Below are positions 27,784 through 41,496 of a stretch of 64,000 nucleotides of DNA, piece by piece. The notes below the pieces were generated by a model. The model was not told where the DNA came from. It searched no databases and saw only the letters and a list, made by a program, of their open reading frames with translations. The translations under genes and the position numbers were made by a program. Source of the stretch: the human T2T-CHM13v2.0 reference genome, Homo sapiens. The stretch lies in the NCBI RefSeq assembly GCF_009914755.1, contig NC_060926.1. One strand, given 5' to 3'. Each line of letters opens with the position of its first letter. Within the stretch, counting starts at the first letter, position 1.

Positions 27784-29085
27784 TTTTTTTTTAACTTTTA
27801 TTTTAGGTTTGGGGGTACACGTGAAGGTTTGTTACACAGGTAAACATGTGTCATAGGGGTATGTGGTACATATTATTTCATCACACAAGTATTAAGACCA
27901 GTACCCAATAGTTATCTTTTCTGCTACACTCCCTTCTCCCATGCCCTACCACCCAAAATGAGACTTAGTTTCTGTTGTTTCCTTTTTTGTTTTCATAAGT
28001 TCTTAACGTTTAGTTCCCAGTTGAAAGTGAGAACATGCAGTATTTGGTTTTCTGTTCTGTGTTGGTTTGCTCAGAATAATAGCCTCCAGCTCCATCCATG
28101 CTCCTACAAAAGATATCATGTCATTCTTTTTTATGGCTGCATAGTATTCCATGGTATATGTGTATCATTTTCTTTATCCAATCTGTCAGATAAATAAATG
28201 GGCATTTAGGTTGATTCCATGTATTTGCTCTTGTGAATAATATTGCAATGAAAATTGTGTCTTTATGGTAGATGATTTATATTCATCTGGGTATACACCC
28301 AGTAATGGGATTTCAGGGTCAAGTGGAAGTTCTGCTGGGTCAAATCATCATACTGCTTTCCACAATGGTTGAACTAATTTACACTCCCGACAACAGCTTA
28401 TAAGTGTTTTCTTTTCTCTGCAACCTCACCACTATCTGTGATTTCCTTTATTTTTACTAATAAACATTCTGACTGGTGTGAGATGGTATCACATTGTGGT
28501 TTTGATTTACATTTCACTAATGATCAATGATATTGAGCTTTTTTTTCATATGCTTGTTGGCTGCATGATTGTTGTCTTTTGAGAAGTGTCTGTTCATGTC
28601 CTTTGCCCACTTTTTAAGAGGTTTGTTTTTCTCTTGTAAATTTACTTAAGTTCCTTATAGATGCTGGATATTAGACTTTTTGTCAGATACATAGTTTGCA
28701 AATATTTTCTCCCATTCTGTAGGTTTGTCTGTTTACTCAATTGAGTTTCTTTTGCAATGCAGAAGCTCTTAAGCTTAATTAGGTCCCACTTGTCAATTTT
28801 TGCTTTTGTTGTGATTGATTGCTTTTGATGTTTTTGTCCAGAAATCTTTGCCTGTTCCTATGTCCAGGATGGTATTTCCTAGGTTGTCTATCAGGATTTT
28901 TATATCCAGTTGTGGGTTTTACACTGAAGTATTTAATCAATCCTGAGTTGATTTTTTATATGATGTAAGGAAGTAATCCAGCTTCAATCACCTGCATATG
29001 GCTAGCCATTTATCCCAGCACCATTTTACTGACTAGAGAGTCTTTTCTGCATTGCTTGTTCTATCAGCTTTGTCAAAGATAAGAT
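27784..29085 (-). mobile_element. L1PA13-16-like, non-inverted 3' segment with poly(A)
   Basis: Poly-T followed by AACTTTTATTTTAGGTTTGGGGGTACACGTGAAGGTTTGTTAC. Reverse L1 3'UTR and ORF2 C-terminus up to GCTTTGTCAAAGATAAGAT. Confidence 0.92.
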
Positions 29086-31897
29086 AAAAAAAGACGAAGA
29101 AGGACATTACATAATAGTAAAGAGTTCAATTCAACAAGAAGACCTAACTGTCTTAAATATATATGCACTCAACACAGGGGCACCCAGATTCATAAAGCAA
29201 GGTCTAGAGAGATCTACAAGCAGACATAGACTCCCACACAATAAAATGGGAGATTTCAACACTCCACTGACAGTGTTAAATAGATAATCGAGACAGAAAA
29301 TTAACAAGGGTATTCAGGACCTAAACTCAGCACTGGACCAAATGGATCTGATAGACCTTTACATAACTCTCCACACCCCGCCCCCCAAAAAAAACACAAC
29401 AGAATATACATTCTTCTCATCACCATATGGCACATACTCTAAAACTGACATCATAGTTGGACATAAACCAATTATCAACAATTGTAAAAGAACTGAAATT
29501 ATACTAAACACACTCTTGGACCACAGCACAATAAAAAAAAAAGTCAAGACTATGAAAATCACTCAAAACCAAGGCACTAAAAATCACTCAAGACTATGAA
29601 AACCATGCAATTGCATGGAAATTAAGCAACATGCTCCTGAATGACTTTGGGGTAGATAACAAAATTAAAGGAGAAATAAAGAACCTTTTTGAAAATAATG
29701 AGAACAAAAATAAAACATACCAGAATCTCTGGAACCCAGCTATGTCAGTGTTAAGAGGAAATTCATAGTATGAAATGCACACATCAAAAAGTTAGAAGGA
29801 TCTCAAATGAATGACCTAACTTCACAACTGAAAGAATTGGAGAAGCAAGAACAAATCAACCCCAAAGCTAGCAGAAGCTAAGAAACAACAAAAATCAGAG
29901 TGCAACTGAAGAAAATCAAGATGTGAAAAAAAATTCAAAAAATAAAGAATCCAGGAGCTGTTTTTTTTAAAAAAAAATTAATAAAATAGACTAATAAAGA
30001 CAAAAGAGAGAAGATTCTAATAAATGCAATCAAAAGCGACAAGAGGGATATTAGTTCATTCTCACACTGCTATAAAGAGCTACATGAGACTGGGTAATGT
30101 ATGAAGAAAAGAGGTTTAATTCACTCACAGTTCTGTAGGCTGTACAGAAAGCATAGCTGGGAAACTTACAATCATGGTAGAAGGTGAAGGGGAAGCAAGC
30201 ACATCTTACCATGGCGGAGCAGGAGAGAGAGAGAGGGCTAGGGGGGAAGTGCTACACAATTTCAAAAAACAAGATCTCATGAGAACTCACTCACAAGAAC
30301 AACAAGGGGGAAATCCATTTCCATGATCCAATTGTCTCACACCAGGTCCCTCCCCCAACACTAGGAATTACAATTAGACATAAGATTTGGGTGGGAACAC
30401 AGAGCCAAACCATGTTAGCAGATATTACCACTGACCTCACAGAAAAACAAAAAACCATCAGAGAATACCATGAACACCTCTACACACACAAACTAGAAAA
30501 CCTAGAAGAAAAGGAAAAATTCCTGGACACATACACCCTCCCAAAACTGAGCCAAGAAGAAACTGATTCCCTGAACAGACTGATAATGAGCTGCTAAATT
30601 AAATCAGTAATAAATAGCCTACCAACCAAAGAAAGCCCAGGACCTGATGGATTCACAGCCAAATTCTACCAGACATACAAGGAAGAGCTGGTAGCATTCC
30701 TACAGAAACTATTCCAAAAAATTAAGGAGGGAGGACTCCTCCACAACTCATTGTATAAGGCCAACATCATCTTGATACCAAATCCTCACAGAGGCACAAC
30801 AACAAAAAGAACTTTAGGCCAATATCCTTGATGAACATTGATGCAAATATCCTCAACAAAATGCAAACCTAATCCAGCAGCACATCAAAAAGCTAATCCA
30901 CCATGATCAGGTAGGCTTCTTCCCAGGGATGCAAGGTTGGTTCAACATATGGAAATCAATAAATGTGATTCATTGCATAAATAGAACTAAAGACAAAAAC
31001 CACATGATTATCGCAATAGATGCAGAAAAGGCCTTTGATAAAATTAAACACCCTTCCAGGTTAAAAAACTCTCAATAAACTAGGCATTAAAGGAACATAC
31101 CTCAAAATAATAAGAGCCATCTATGACAAACCCACAGCCAACATCATTCTAAAGGGGCAAAAGCTGAAAGTCCTAGCCAGAGCAATCAGGCAAAAGAAAG
31201 AAATAAAAGACATCCAAAGAGGAAGAGAGGAAGTCAAACTATCCCTGTTTATAGACAACATGATTCTTTATCTAAAAAAACCCATAGTTGTGGCCCCACA
31301 GTTCCCCTAGACAATAAATAACTTCAGCAATGTTGCAGGATACACAATCAATGTACAAAAATCACTAGCATTCCTATACAACAGCAACACCAAATCAAGA
31401 GCCAAATCAGAAAGGCAGTGTAATTCACAACTGTCACAAAAGTAATAAAATATCTAAGAATACAGCTAACCAGGGAGGTGAAATATCTCTACAATGAAAA
31501 TTTTAAAACACTCTTCAAAGAGCTCAGAGAAGACACAAACAAATAAAAAAGCATCCCATGGTCATGGATAGGAAGAATAAATATCATCAAAATGGCCATA
31601 CTGCCCAAAACAATTTACAGATTCAATGCCATTCCTATCAAGCTACTAATGACATATTTCACAGAATTAGAAAAAAACTATTTTAAAATTCATATAGAAC
31701 TGAAAAAGAGCCCAATTAGCCAAGGCAATTCTCAGCAAAAAGAACAAAGCTGGAAGCATCATGTTACCTGACTTCAAACTATACTACAAAGCTACACTAA
31801 CCAAAACAGCATTGTACTGGTACAAAAACAGGCACATATACCAATGGAACAGGATACAGAGCCAATCTACAACCATCTGCTGTTCGACAAAGCTGGC
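29086..31897 (+). mobile_element. Inverted 5' segment (ORF2 EN to RT) of the same old L1PA
   Basis: Colinear with the young L1 at about 56778-59272. It ends at the same ORF2 position where the minus segment ends. Confidence 0.92.
30047..30417 (-). mobile_element. THE1D/MSTA-like solo LTR nested in L1 ORF2
   Basis: TATTAGTTCATTCTCACACTGCTATAAAG..GAAACTTACAATCATGG..GATTTGGGTGGGAACACAGAGCCAAACCAT. About 370 bp. L1 resumes with GATATTACCACTGAC. Confidence 0.9.
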
Positions 31898-33992
31898 AGG
31901 GCACTTGTTTTCTAAGCACAGGATTATAAAATTTCATTCTCCCTCTTCTATACCAAAGAACAAAATAGTTTTCCACATGTCTGTGACAGAGTTTATCCTT
32001 TTAATCTTATTTTTAAAGTAAGCTTTTCCTTTGAATTGTCATTGTTAGATTCGGTTTCTAGAAAAGCAGAGACAAAGTTGCAGTCTAAGATTCCCTTTCT
32101 TTTCAGAGAATTATAGATTATAAATTGCCTTTTTCATTCACTTTTTAAATAGCCATTTTTACTAAAGTTTTAAAAACTCCTCAGTTTGTATAGAAAATCT
32201 GTATAAAATATAGTACAAAAATAACTCACTTCTAAATATGCATATGAAGATATGGCTAGGAAAAAAAGAGATTATTTTATTTAGTTTAATATTCCGAGGA
32301 ACTGAAAAAACAGATACTTGATTCAAATAACTCTTCTAAACAATATACTTTAAGCTCTCCCTATCCCGCACGAATCATTTTGGGGAATACAAATATTAAC
32401 TTAGTATTGGAAAGATGGTAAGCAATAATGATTGGTTGCCGAAAACTATTTAAGATAGGTGTGATAAAAGACAATGAAGAGATGGTTGAAAATTTGATCT
32501 ATCCTCTTTAAACTATATTAAAAATAATATTAAATAATTGCATGCAGAATGTTTACTCTTTGCATTATATTTTTAAGATCAACTATTTAAATTGATTCTA
32601 TGAAAATTAACAAAAATGTTGACTAATTTACTTAAACAAACAGTACATTCCACTTCTGCTTCTTAATCCAAAGGCTTAAGATTACATTGCAAAAGAAATC
32701 TCAAGATATTGCACACTTGCAAAGCCTAAAATATGATTCTCAAAATCTAACTGTAGTCATTTAATGATGATAATATCCACTAAGTAGATACTTTAACTTG
32801 GAATTTTAAAGGTAATCTCAGTGATAAATTATTATGTTTCTTTTCCTCATAACTCCTGAAGAAACTTGTTTTTATTATTTAATCCTTCAAAATGTTAACT
32901 ATATGGTGTAGTTAATGAATATTTTCTCATATCAAGTAATCAAAGTAGCATAAGAATCCAAGAATATTCCACTGGTCAATGCATGCAAAGCATTTGTCTC
33001 TGGGAGAGAGATTCAAGGAAATTCTTGTCATAATATCTAACTACTTCCTATGATGTTAGTCATACTTGTTTAAATAAATCCTGAAACTGTGTTGTCCATT
33101 ATGCATATATAATTTTATGCATGATTTTATCTCTGATCTTCTGGACTATACAGTTTAATTCTGTACTACTTCTCAGCATTAAGAGCCTATAACCACTCTG
33201 TGAAAACATGGTAGAGTAGAAATTACACTAACTACAGTAACTAGTGCATAATTAGATGTGCCATTTAATTTCTTAATGTGTTTTTCATTATCTGTAAATT
33301 AGAGGGCTTGTTAGACTGAAAAGTATAGATGAGAATGGGTTCCTATAGGAATTTGTGTGTCATCCTGCTGTGGCTGGGAGTTAAATAAAACAATTTATTA
33401 TTTTGGTTTCAACTCCCAGTTCCATAGATTCTCTCTATTTTAGAATTCCCATATCTGCATAAACTGTTATACCTTTCCTGAAGATAAGCCTTTCACTGAT
33501 TTCCACCCCAAGATCTTCTCACACCAATCATATGGTGATATTAGAAGGTTTTACTGACCTTGAGAGGAAGGGGAATGGCTCAATCATCAGCAGATCCTCT
33601 TTCTATCACATTTTTCTACTATCTCCCTCTCCAAAGAAATAAACACATTTTTCTCCCTCTCCACCTACCCTCAATCTTCAAGTCCAATATCACACTAAAT
33701 GTTTTTCCACTGATCTGGAGCCCTCTTTGTTTTACTTTCCATTCCAAGGTCTTTGAACAGGTTTCAAAGTATGAAAGCATTCATTTCCATAAAGAATGCA
33801 GCTCACTTTCCAGGAGGAGTTATAGTAACACTTTTTTTTTCTATTTTACTATCATTCGATTTGACATAAAACATCCTTGCAAAACGGCCAAGTTTTACTT
33901 TTCAGAGATTGTGTAAAAACATAATCTTCTTTGCACTCATGATTTTGTTAAAATTTGATTATGTTCCCCTCAAATTTTACCTTTTCAGCCTC

Positions 33993-34095
33993 TATTTATA
34001 TATATGCTATGTATATATATCAGCTTCTCTCTATATATATATGTATTTATATATGTATGTGATATACATATTAAGTATATACACACACACATATA
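33993..34095. repeat. (TA)n-rich simple repeat
   Basis: Seen directly. Confidence 0.8.
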
Positions 34096-36855
34096 TGCTT
34101 AAGGAAATTCTTTAATTCCTTTTTTCAGTGTTAAAATTTCATTAAATCATTCTGACCTGCTGCCTTGAAAATCTCTTGGTCATTATGGTTCCAGTCGCTT
34201 TGAAAAAAATAAACTCCCATGCCCTTCTTTAATAAGATTAATACCAATAAATTAAAACAGGATGTTATCGTCTATCTTAATCAGGACTTGGAAAAAATAT
34301 GGCCTCATAACCAGTACCTTTGTAAGACATGATTATGAAGCCAATATACTAAAGTATTAAAATCAGGTCACTAATAGTTCAAGATTTGTAAACTTAAACA
34401 ATTGAAAGATTTTGCAGCCTATTTAACGTACTTTATTTTTGCAAAAGATTTGGAACACCTGTACACTCGTTAGGAAAAATTATTTTATAAAATTAATATT
34501 TCAAAATAAAACATGCTATAAACTCTACTTTCAACAGAATATAATCTATAGTGTATACTGAAATAAAAGCCATTGGAAGAGTTTAAAACAACCATAATTT
34601 ATTGTTTTAGGCAAATATGGGTTAAGATTTGCAACGTACAGCTTCCATGTTACCATATAAATACAAAGGCTTTTTTTGCTCAGAAACAAACCGGTAGAAG
34701 TTCACAATATAAAGATTGCATAGGCATCTATAAGAGCTTTTAAACTATCCCTACAAAGCTGCTCTACCAGATATAGATTGAAAGAATCCATTATTAAAAG
34801 AGGGATCAAAACAGGCTGCAATTATGCCCAGTTAATCCCCTCAAAACAGTGTGGTATTTCTTCACCAGAGTAATTATTTGCACAGGAGAGAAAATAACAA
34901 CCATATAGAACAAATTAAAACTTTACCTTCAGATGCTACCTCAATTGTTATGTAGATTTCACTCTGTACATTCAGTGACAAGCAGGGGCATCAAAAAATA
35001 AGATTTTTCTTCTCTAATAAAAATATTTTAATATTTATTCCCTACATAGTTGAAAATGTTATAACATTTCACATATTTTCTCTTTTATACTACCATATAC
35101 ATTTTAGCACACTCAAAGAATGTCTTTAAATACCCATGTATTAAAAGGGTGAGCAAATACATCAAGCATCCTCAGAATTTCTGTAGTCTGCACCTGAATG
35201 CATGTGCAAACACACATCAAATGACCACTGCCATGTACAAACTGCTTGTTTAGGCTTTTTTAAATACGACGATCACATGTTTAAATGTCATGCTGGGATT
35301 TAGTTAACTAAGGTGGCAGGTTCTTAAGATGGAGAATTTATTATGTTGAAATTTTCCAAATGTAAGACTGAAAAGGAAAAAAATATGTCAACTTTTATTT
35401 ATTTCCCATATAAACACAGGCAATTTAGTTCTTCCCCAAAATACAGGCGGATTAGATGAGTTAGACAGTAGTCAATTCATTTTGCATAGGAATGGCTCAT
35501 TAAAAAAAAAGGGCCCTGCATTTGTATTAAGCTCTGATTGGACAGAGCACAAAATGAATTTACAGTGTCACTCAGAGATGTAGCAGGACTAATGAGGGAG
35601 GAATGGTGCAGCGTAGGGTGGGTAAAGCTGTAGTGTGTTCATTCATTCCTTCAGCTGGTATCGCTTATGAAACTGAGGTGTCCCTCATTATGCATGTGTC
35701 CCAGGGGCATTCTTTAATATTTTAATAAATAACAACATCAGCCCAACAAGAAATTAATGAATAGTATCATTAATAATGAGCTGGAGTCTTGTAGTGATAG
35801 GACAGATATTAAATTGAACCACTGTGGTGCTATCTCTAGAGACTTGGGATATTTCCAGTGGCAAACAAGGCATCTGAATGAAGCAACCAGCTCTCTGTGC
35901 CAACAGCTTTTACAACAGGTTGGGAGTAATAAAAGAGGATTTTCTGCACGATAAAGTTAAGCCCTAGAAAATCTGCTGGTGTAGATCGGTGTGAAAAGTA
36001 CTGCCAAACGTGATCCTTAATTAAACTTTAATTAAGATAAAGCTTTTATTTTTTTCTCTTCCAAGAAAAGTAGCAGCCAAATGGGCCTTGGCTATTTTCT
36101 ACCAAAATCTAACCTAAAATCATTTTGTATTATACCATAAAAATTATTCTAGAATGATATTAAGGTGCTGACTTAAATCCGCCAAATGAGAATATTATTA
36201 GGAATAGCTGAAATGGCATAATTTCTCACCACAACAGTATGAACGTGTGTGCGTACGTGAAGTTGTATGAACAATGAAGGGGTTCTCTGTCTTAATTTCT
36301 CACTTTCTAGTATCCTCATTTTGAAATCACTTTAAAATATTTCAATTTTGCTTTGTAATATCAAGAATTTTTTTTCTTGAAAACAAAGATATGGGTTATA
36401 CAACTTTTCAATTAATTTTGGGCCTCTGATTATATTGATTATATTAAATTGCTTACAACTTGAATAACTTATCATTTTTATAAAACTACTTCAGATGCTG
36501 AAAAAATCTTTAGCTTTTCTTCTAATTACATGACATGCTATTGTTAGTTTTATTTAGGTTAATACTTTTCTTTCTGTATTTTTGTAAACTAAGGTGGTAT
36601 AATTTAGTTCCTGCTTTTCTGTTAAACTGTAAATTATGCAGAGATGTGTTATGCTGATTAATAGATACAAGACTCAAAAGAATTACTAATAACTATTTTA
36701 TTCACATAGTTTACACAGAGTATTAAATATTATTATTGTGGAGTTTTCACTTTCTACCTACCTAATATTTGCTATATTGAAAAACACTAAAAGATGTTAT
36801 TTCAAAATTAATTTTAAGAAAATGTGAACATTCCTTTTTAACACAGAAATCTACA

Positions 36856-37500
36856 TTTGATTGTTTTAATGAAATCTATCTCTTTCAAATTTCTCATTCA
36901 TATCCTGAATTGTTTTTCTAATTTCTTTGTATTGTTTTTCTGCATTCTCTTGTATCTCATGAGATTCTTTAGTATCATTATCTTAAATTCTTTTTGGAGG
37001 GATTTCATGCTTTTTCTTTTCATTGGAATCTGTTGCTGGAGAATTATTTGCTCCCTTGGAGGTGTTATATTTCCTTGCTTTTTCATGTTTCTTGTGTCCT
37101 TACTTTGATATCTGTGCATCTGGTGTAACAGTTGCTTCTTCCAATTTTTTGGATTTGCTTTCATAGGGGAGTACTTTTTCCTGAAGTTGTATCTGTGGTG
37201 TTGGTCGGGTAGGGTACTTTGGCTTTGATTCCAGGTGTGTGTAGTAGTGTAGTCTCTGTATGATTTCTTCAGCCTTTCCCTGCATTAGGGAGCCCCTCCT
37301 GGTTCCCAGTTGATCCCAGCAGAGCAGGCTGCCTCCTTCCCTTTCCTTCCTTGCTGTAGGTGTTTGCTGGCACTTCTTTGTTAAACTCCAGTGTTCTCCC
37401 TTAGATCATCTATTAGAAGTGTGATTAATATCTACTCATTATTTTGGTTCTTCTTTGTGGAGGAGGTGAGTACCAGGTGCCTCTAGTCAGCCATCTTGAA
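36856..37500 (-). mobile_element. L1M/L1MA-type 5' end (short 5'UTR plus ORF1 N-terminus)
   Basis: The minus strand starts CAAGATGGCTGACTAGAGG. The translation TRNMKKQGNITPP...KEFKIMILK matches old L1 ORF1p. Confidence 0.8.
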
Positions 37501-39000
37501 GCTCTTCTCTCCCTTTCATATTTTAATAGAATAAAAGATGGTTTTAAGGTCTATACATGGCTGCAATGCTCTATGGTTTTTATTCATGTTCAATGCTCTG
37601 TGTTTTTTATTCATTTTCAATTACATGCTTTATTACAGTGTCAAATTTTAAACAGTTTGCTCCTCAATGACAATTTTCAGACATAAGAATTCTGATAATA
37701 AATTATTTGAGTATAATCTGTGCAATTTTATTATGTCTTTGTAGTTTGTCACTAATTTTTTACATAATATAAAATTAATGGCTGTCACTTATTTTAGAAA
37801 TGGTTTTTGTAAGCTTTCAGGCCTCCTTCTGTTAACCAAGAATGAACACTGTCAATAGAAAGTATACAGGATTTTATCCACCATATGGCCTTTGAACAAC
37901 GGAGGCATGGAGCAATGCAGAACTAATGCTAACCTAAGAAAACAGCATCTTCATTTTCTCCTTCTTCATATAGTTTCCACACCAACTCTAGGACAGTTTA
38001 GGAAATAAACATCTCTTCAACTTCTAAATAGCGGCAATTGGATAGGGTGGACTCATCTATAAGGATATATAGATAGAGCTCATCTATAAGGAGAGCTATT
38101 ATAAATGTTTGTTTTATTGTAAGTACTATGTCATTAAAAAATAGTCAAAAAAAATGATAGAGTAGTTCTTGTCAACTTCTGGCTTAGATAAAGAACAATG
38201 GCTAGAAGGCTCAAGGTGTGAAGAAGGAAGTAGAGAACCTTGTTAGTTTTCCCCAATCTGCTTGTAAATAGTGACAAGGTGCTCCTGGGAGGAAGCTGAG
38301 TCAATGAGATGAGATCAAGAACAGGACTCTCAAATTTAGCGAAAAGAAAGTTATTCACTGCCCTATGTATCTCATTTTATTTGATCTGAATCAAGTTAAT
38401 TATGCCTCCTTTTTACAACATGCATACACAGATCTCAAGTCAAATAAACTTTTAAATTAGTTCTACTCTAGAGAGCTTTGAGCCATTTCCAGCTCACAGA
38501 TTATATTCATTCACACAAGGAAGGTTAGTTTTTCAAATTGAGTTTCATCAAATGTGTGTCAGTAAGATCCTTTTTGACTGCATAACTGAATTAATCTATT
38601 GTTTATTGAAAGAAAAAAATTATAGTGCATTATGTTACATGTCTTTATGATCACAATAGCATAGTGTCTCTAGAATAACATAGTGTCAATAGAGTAACAG
38701 TTAACAAAGCATATTCTTATTGTGCAGCTGAGGCAAAATAACTCATACAACATTCTCATAATCTTAGCATTTATGTATTATTTGTAATCTCCATCTTGAT
38801 GCCAGTAATTCATATGGATGATGATTGGACCCTCCCACATGTGAAACACTAAGTACAAAGATGTTCAACACACAATTATTTATAACAGGAAAAATTTAGA
38901 ACTACCCACAAATTACAACAGTGAGCTGATTAAGTAAAATATGCTGTATTAAATCAATAAATTACTCAGTAACAATTTAATTATAAAAATTACTATTTTA

Positions 39001-39303
<303 letters not shown>

Positions 39304-39402
39304 TTAAAATTCAGTAAGATCATAAATACTTGTGTTATAAAGTTTCAATATTAAATTCAAAATTATGATAAATAAAGAAAAGACATGTATAAGAATGTTC
39401 AT

Positions 39403-39698
39403 GCCCGGCACAGTGGATCACGCTTGTAATCCAAGCACTTTGGGAGGCCAAGACGGATGGATCACGAGTTCAGGAGATCGAGACCATCCTGGCTAACATG
39501 GTGAAACCCCGTCTCTAATAAAAATACAAAAAAAAAATTAGCCGGGCATGGTGGTGGGTGCCTGTAGTCCCAGCTACTTGGGAGGCTGAGGCAGGAGAAT
39601 GGCGTGAACCTGGGAGCAGAGGTTGCAGTGAGCCGAGACTGTGCCAATGCACTCCAACCTGGCGGACAGAGCGAGACTCCATCTTAAAAAAAAAAAAA
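39403..39698 (+). mobile_element. AluY/AluSc-like
   Basis: Diagnostic GAGATCGAGACCATCCTGGCTAAC and GAATGGCGTGAACC. TSD AATGTTCAT. Confidence 0.95.
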
Positions 39699-39916
39699 TG
39701 TTCATAGAATTGTTCACAGGAGTAAAATTTGAAAAGGTTCAAATGTTTATCAGAAAAGAATAGATACATAAACTTGTATATACTCATACTGGAATATTAC
39801 AGAGTAGTCAAAATGATTTTACAGTGACATAGAACAATGTGGTTGAATCTGAACACCTATTAAATAAGAAAAGAAAGTCTAAAATAATTAGTTCAGCATG
39901 ACACCTTTTGTACAAC

Positions 39917-40203
39917 TTTCTTTGAGACATGGTCTCACTCTCCTCCAGGCTGCAATGCAGTGGCGCTATCATAGCTCACTGTAACCCCAAACTCCTTTGT
40001 TCAAGTGATCCTGCCAATTCAGCCTCCCAAGTAGCTGAGACTATAGATGCACGCCACCATACCCAGTTAATTTTCTTATTTTTGGTAGATGTGGGGTCTT
40101 ACCATATTGCCCAGGCTTATCTAGAACTCCTAGTCCCAAGCTATCTTCCTGCCTTGGCCTCCCAAAATTCTGGGATTACAGGCATGAGCCACCATGCCCA
40201 GTC
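39917..40203 (-). mobile_element. AluJ
   Basis: GGTCTCACTC..ATCATAGCTCACTG..CCATATTGCCCAGGCT. TSD close to CCTTT(T)GTACAA. Confidence 0.93.
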
Positions 40204-40223
40204 CCTTTGTACAATGTTACAAA

Positions 40224-40226
<3 letters not shown>

Positions 40227-40252
<26 letters not shown>
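40227..40252. repeat. (CA)n microsatellite
   Basis: Seen directly. Confidence 0.95.
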
Positions 40253-40255
<3 letters not shown>

Positions 40256-40413
40256 CACATAAATGCAACAACAATGTATAAAAATGAAAGCTAAATAATC
40301 ATAAATATGGCTTCAGGGTGATACAATGTGGGAAAGCTTATAAATAAGGGTTTCAGTTAAATTCCAAGCTGTGTGGTATATTCACAGGTTTTTATTAAAT
40401 AATGCAGATAAAT

Positions 40414-40518
40414 TGATGATGATGTGATGATGATAAAGATAGGCAGATGATAAAGATAGATATAGATAGATAATAGAGATAGGAAAAAAGATAGGTGACA
40501 GACAGATAGATAGATAAG
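40414..40518. repeat. Degenerate (GAT)n/(GATA)n repeat
   Basis: Seen directly. Confidence 0.8.
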
Positions 40519-40616
40519 AAAATAGGAGGGCTAATGATCAGGGTAACATCACTGAAGATTATGATTAATCCATTTCTATGTACCTAAATCCTGAGATAGA
40601 ATATGAAAGTGAAAAG

Positions 40617-40860
40617 GGCAGTACGTTATATTGGTTAGGAGCATAAAATTTTCAAGCAGGGTGACAGGTTTGAGTCCCAATTTGAGTACATAATAGTTTT
40701 TGAATAGAAGAATAATTATTTAAACTCTTCAAGCCTCAGGCTCCTCATATGTAAATGGAAAAATTATCAGTATCCTTCTCACTGTTGTAAAGCATATTAT
40801 ATATAAAGGACTTACAAAAATGCCTAGCATATAATATCTCCTCAAAATAAATGTTAGGGT
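40617..40860 (+). mobile_element. MIR
   Basis: TGGTTAGGAGCAT..GGTTTGAGTCCC..AAGCCTCAGGCTCCTCATATGTAAATGG..TAAATGTTAG. Confidence 0.75.
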
Positions 40861-41496
40861 CATTAACCGTATGCCAAAATAATATTTAAATAAAACAAGC
40901 ATAGAGAAAGACTAGAATAAAATATTTCAAAATGTCGACATTGGCTATTTTTAAACAGGAAAGTGGTTTTGTTTTCCTTTTCATTATATGCTAATGTTTC
41001 TCTAATGAATATTCATTAGATAACCCTAATAACAGAGGCCTTATCCCTGAGAGACTGAGCTTAAGACATGACAATCGAATAGGACATTCCAAGCTAGGTA
41101 TGCCAAGAACCAAATGAGTGAGGGGAAACAGTCACACTATAGACTCCAGAAGGATGCTCAAACAACCCTGACAGGAGCAGCTTGGAATGTTCACAAAGAA
41201 GATGGGTCTTGGAGAAAGAGTATATAATCTAACTAAAACAGAGAAGCAGGCTTAGATTTCAGGCAGACAAAGTGATGTGAAGAAATGGCCTAAAGCCTAC
41301 CTATTGTACTTTTAAAACAATGAGTAAACCATTTAGTTATAAAAATAGTTTTGTAGTGGATATAGGAAGTGATAGATTGTAGTGAATCTTAATTCCTGAA
41401 GCAGAGAGTTTACATTTTGTCTTGTGGCATGGGAGCCATGGAAGATTGTTGAGCTAACTGATAAAGAAGTTTAGAAAGGTGAAACTGCTGTATGGT

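Noticed and set aside
30310-30340. DUX4 site in the THE1D-like LTR
   Set aside because: The sequence TGATCCAATTG departs from the TGATTRRRTTA motif, so a functional site cannot be claimed.
34920-35030. Possible minus-strand splice donor (GAAG|GTAAAG) and exon
   Set aside because: The acceptor is ambiguous and no convincing reading frame results.
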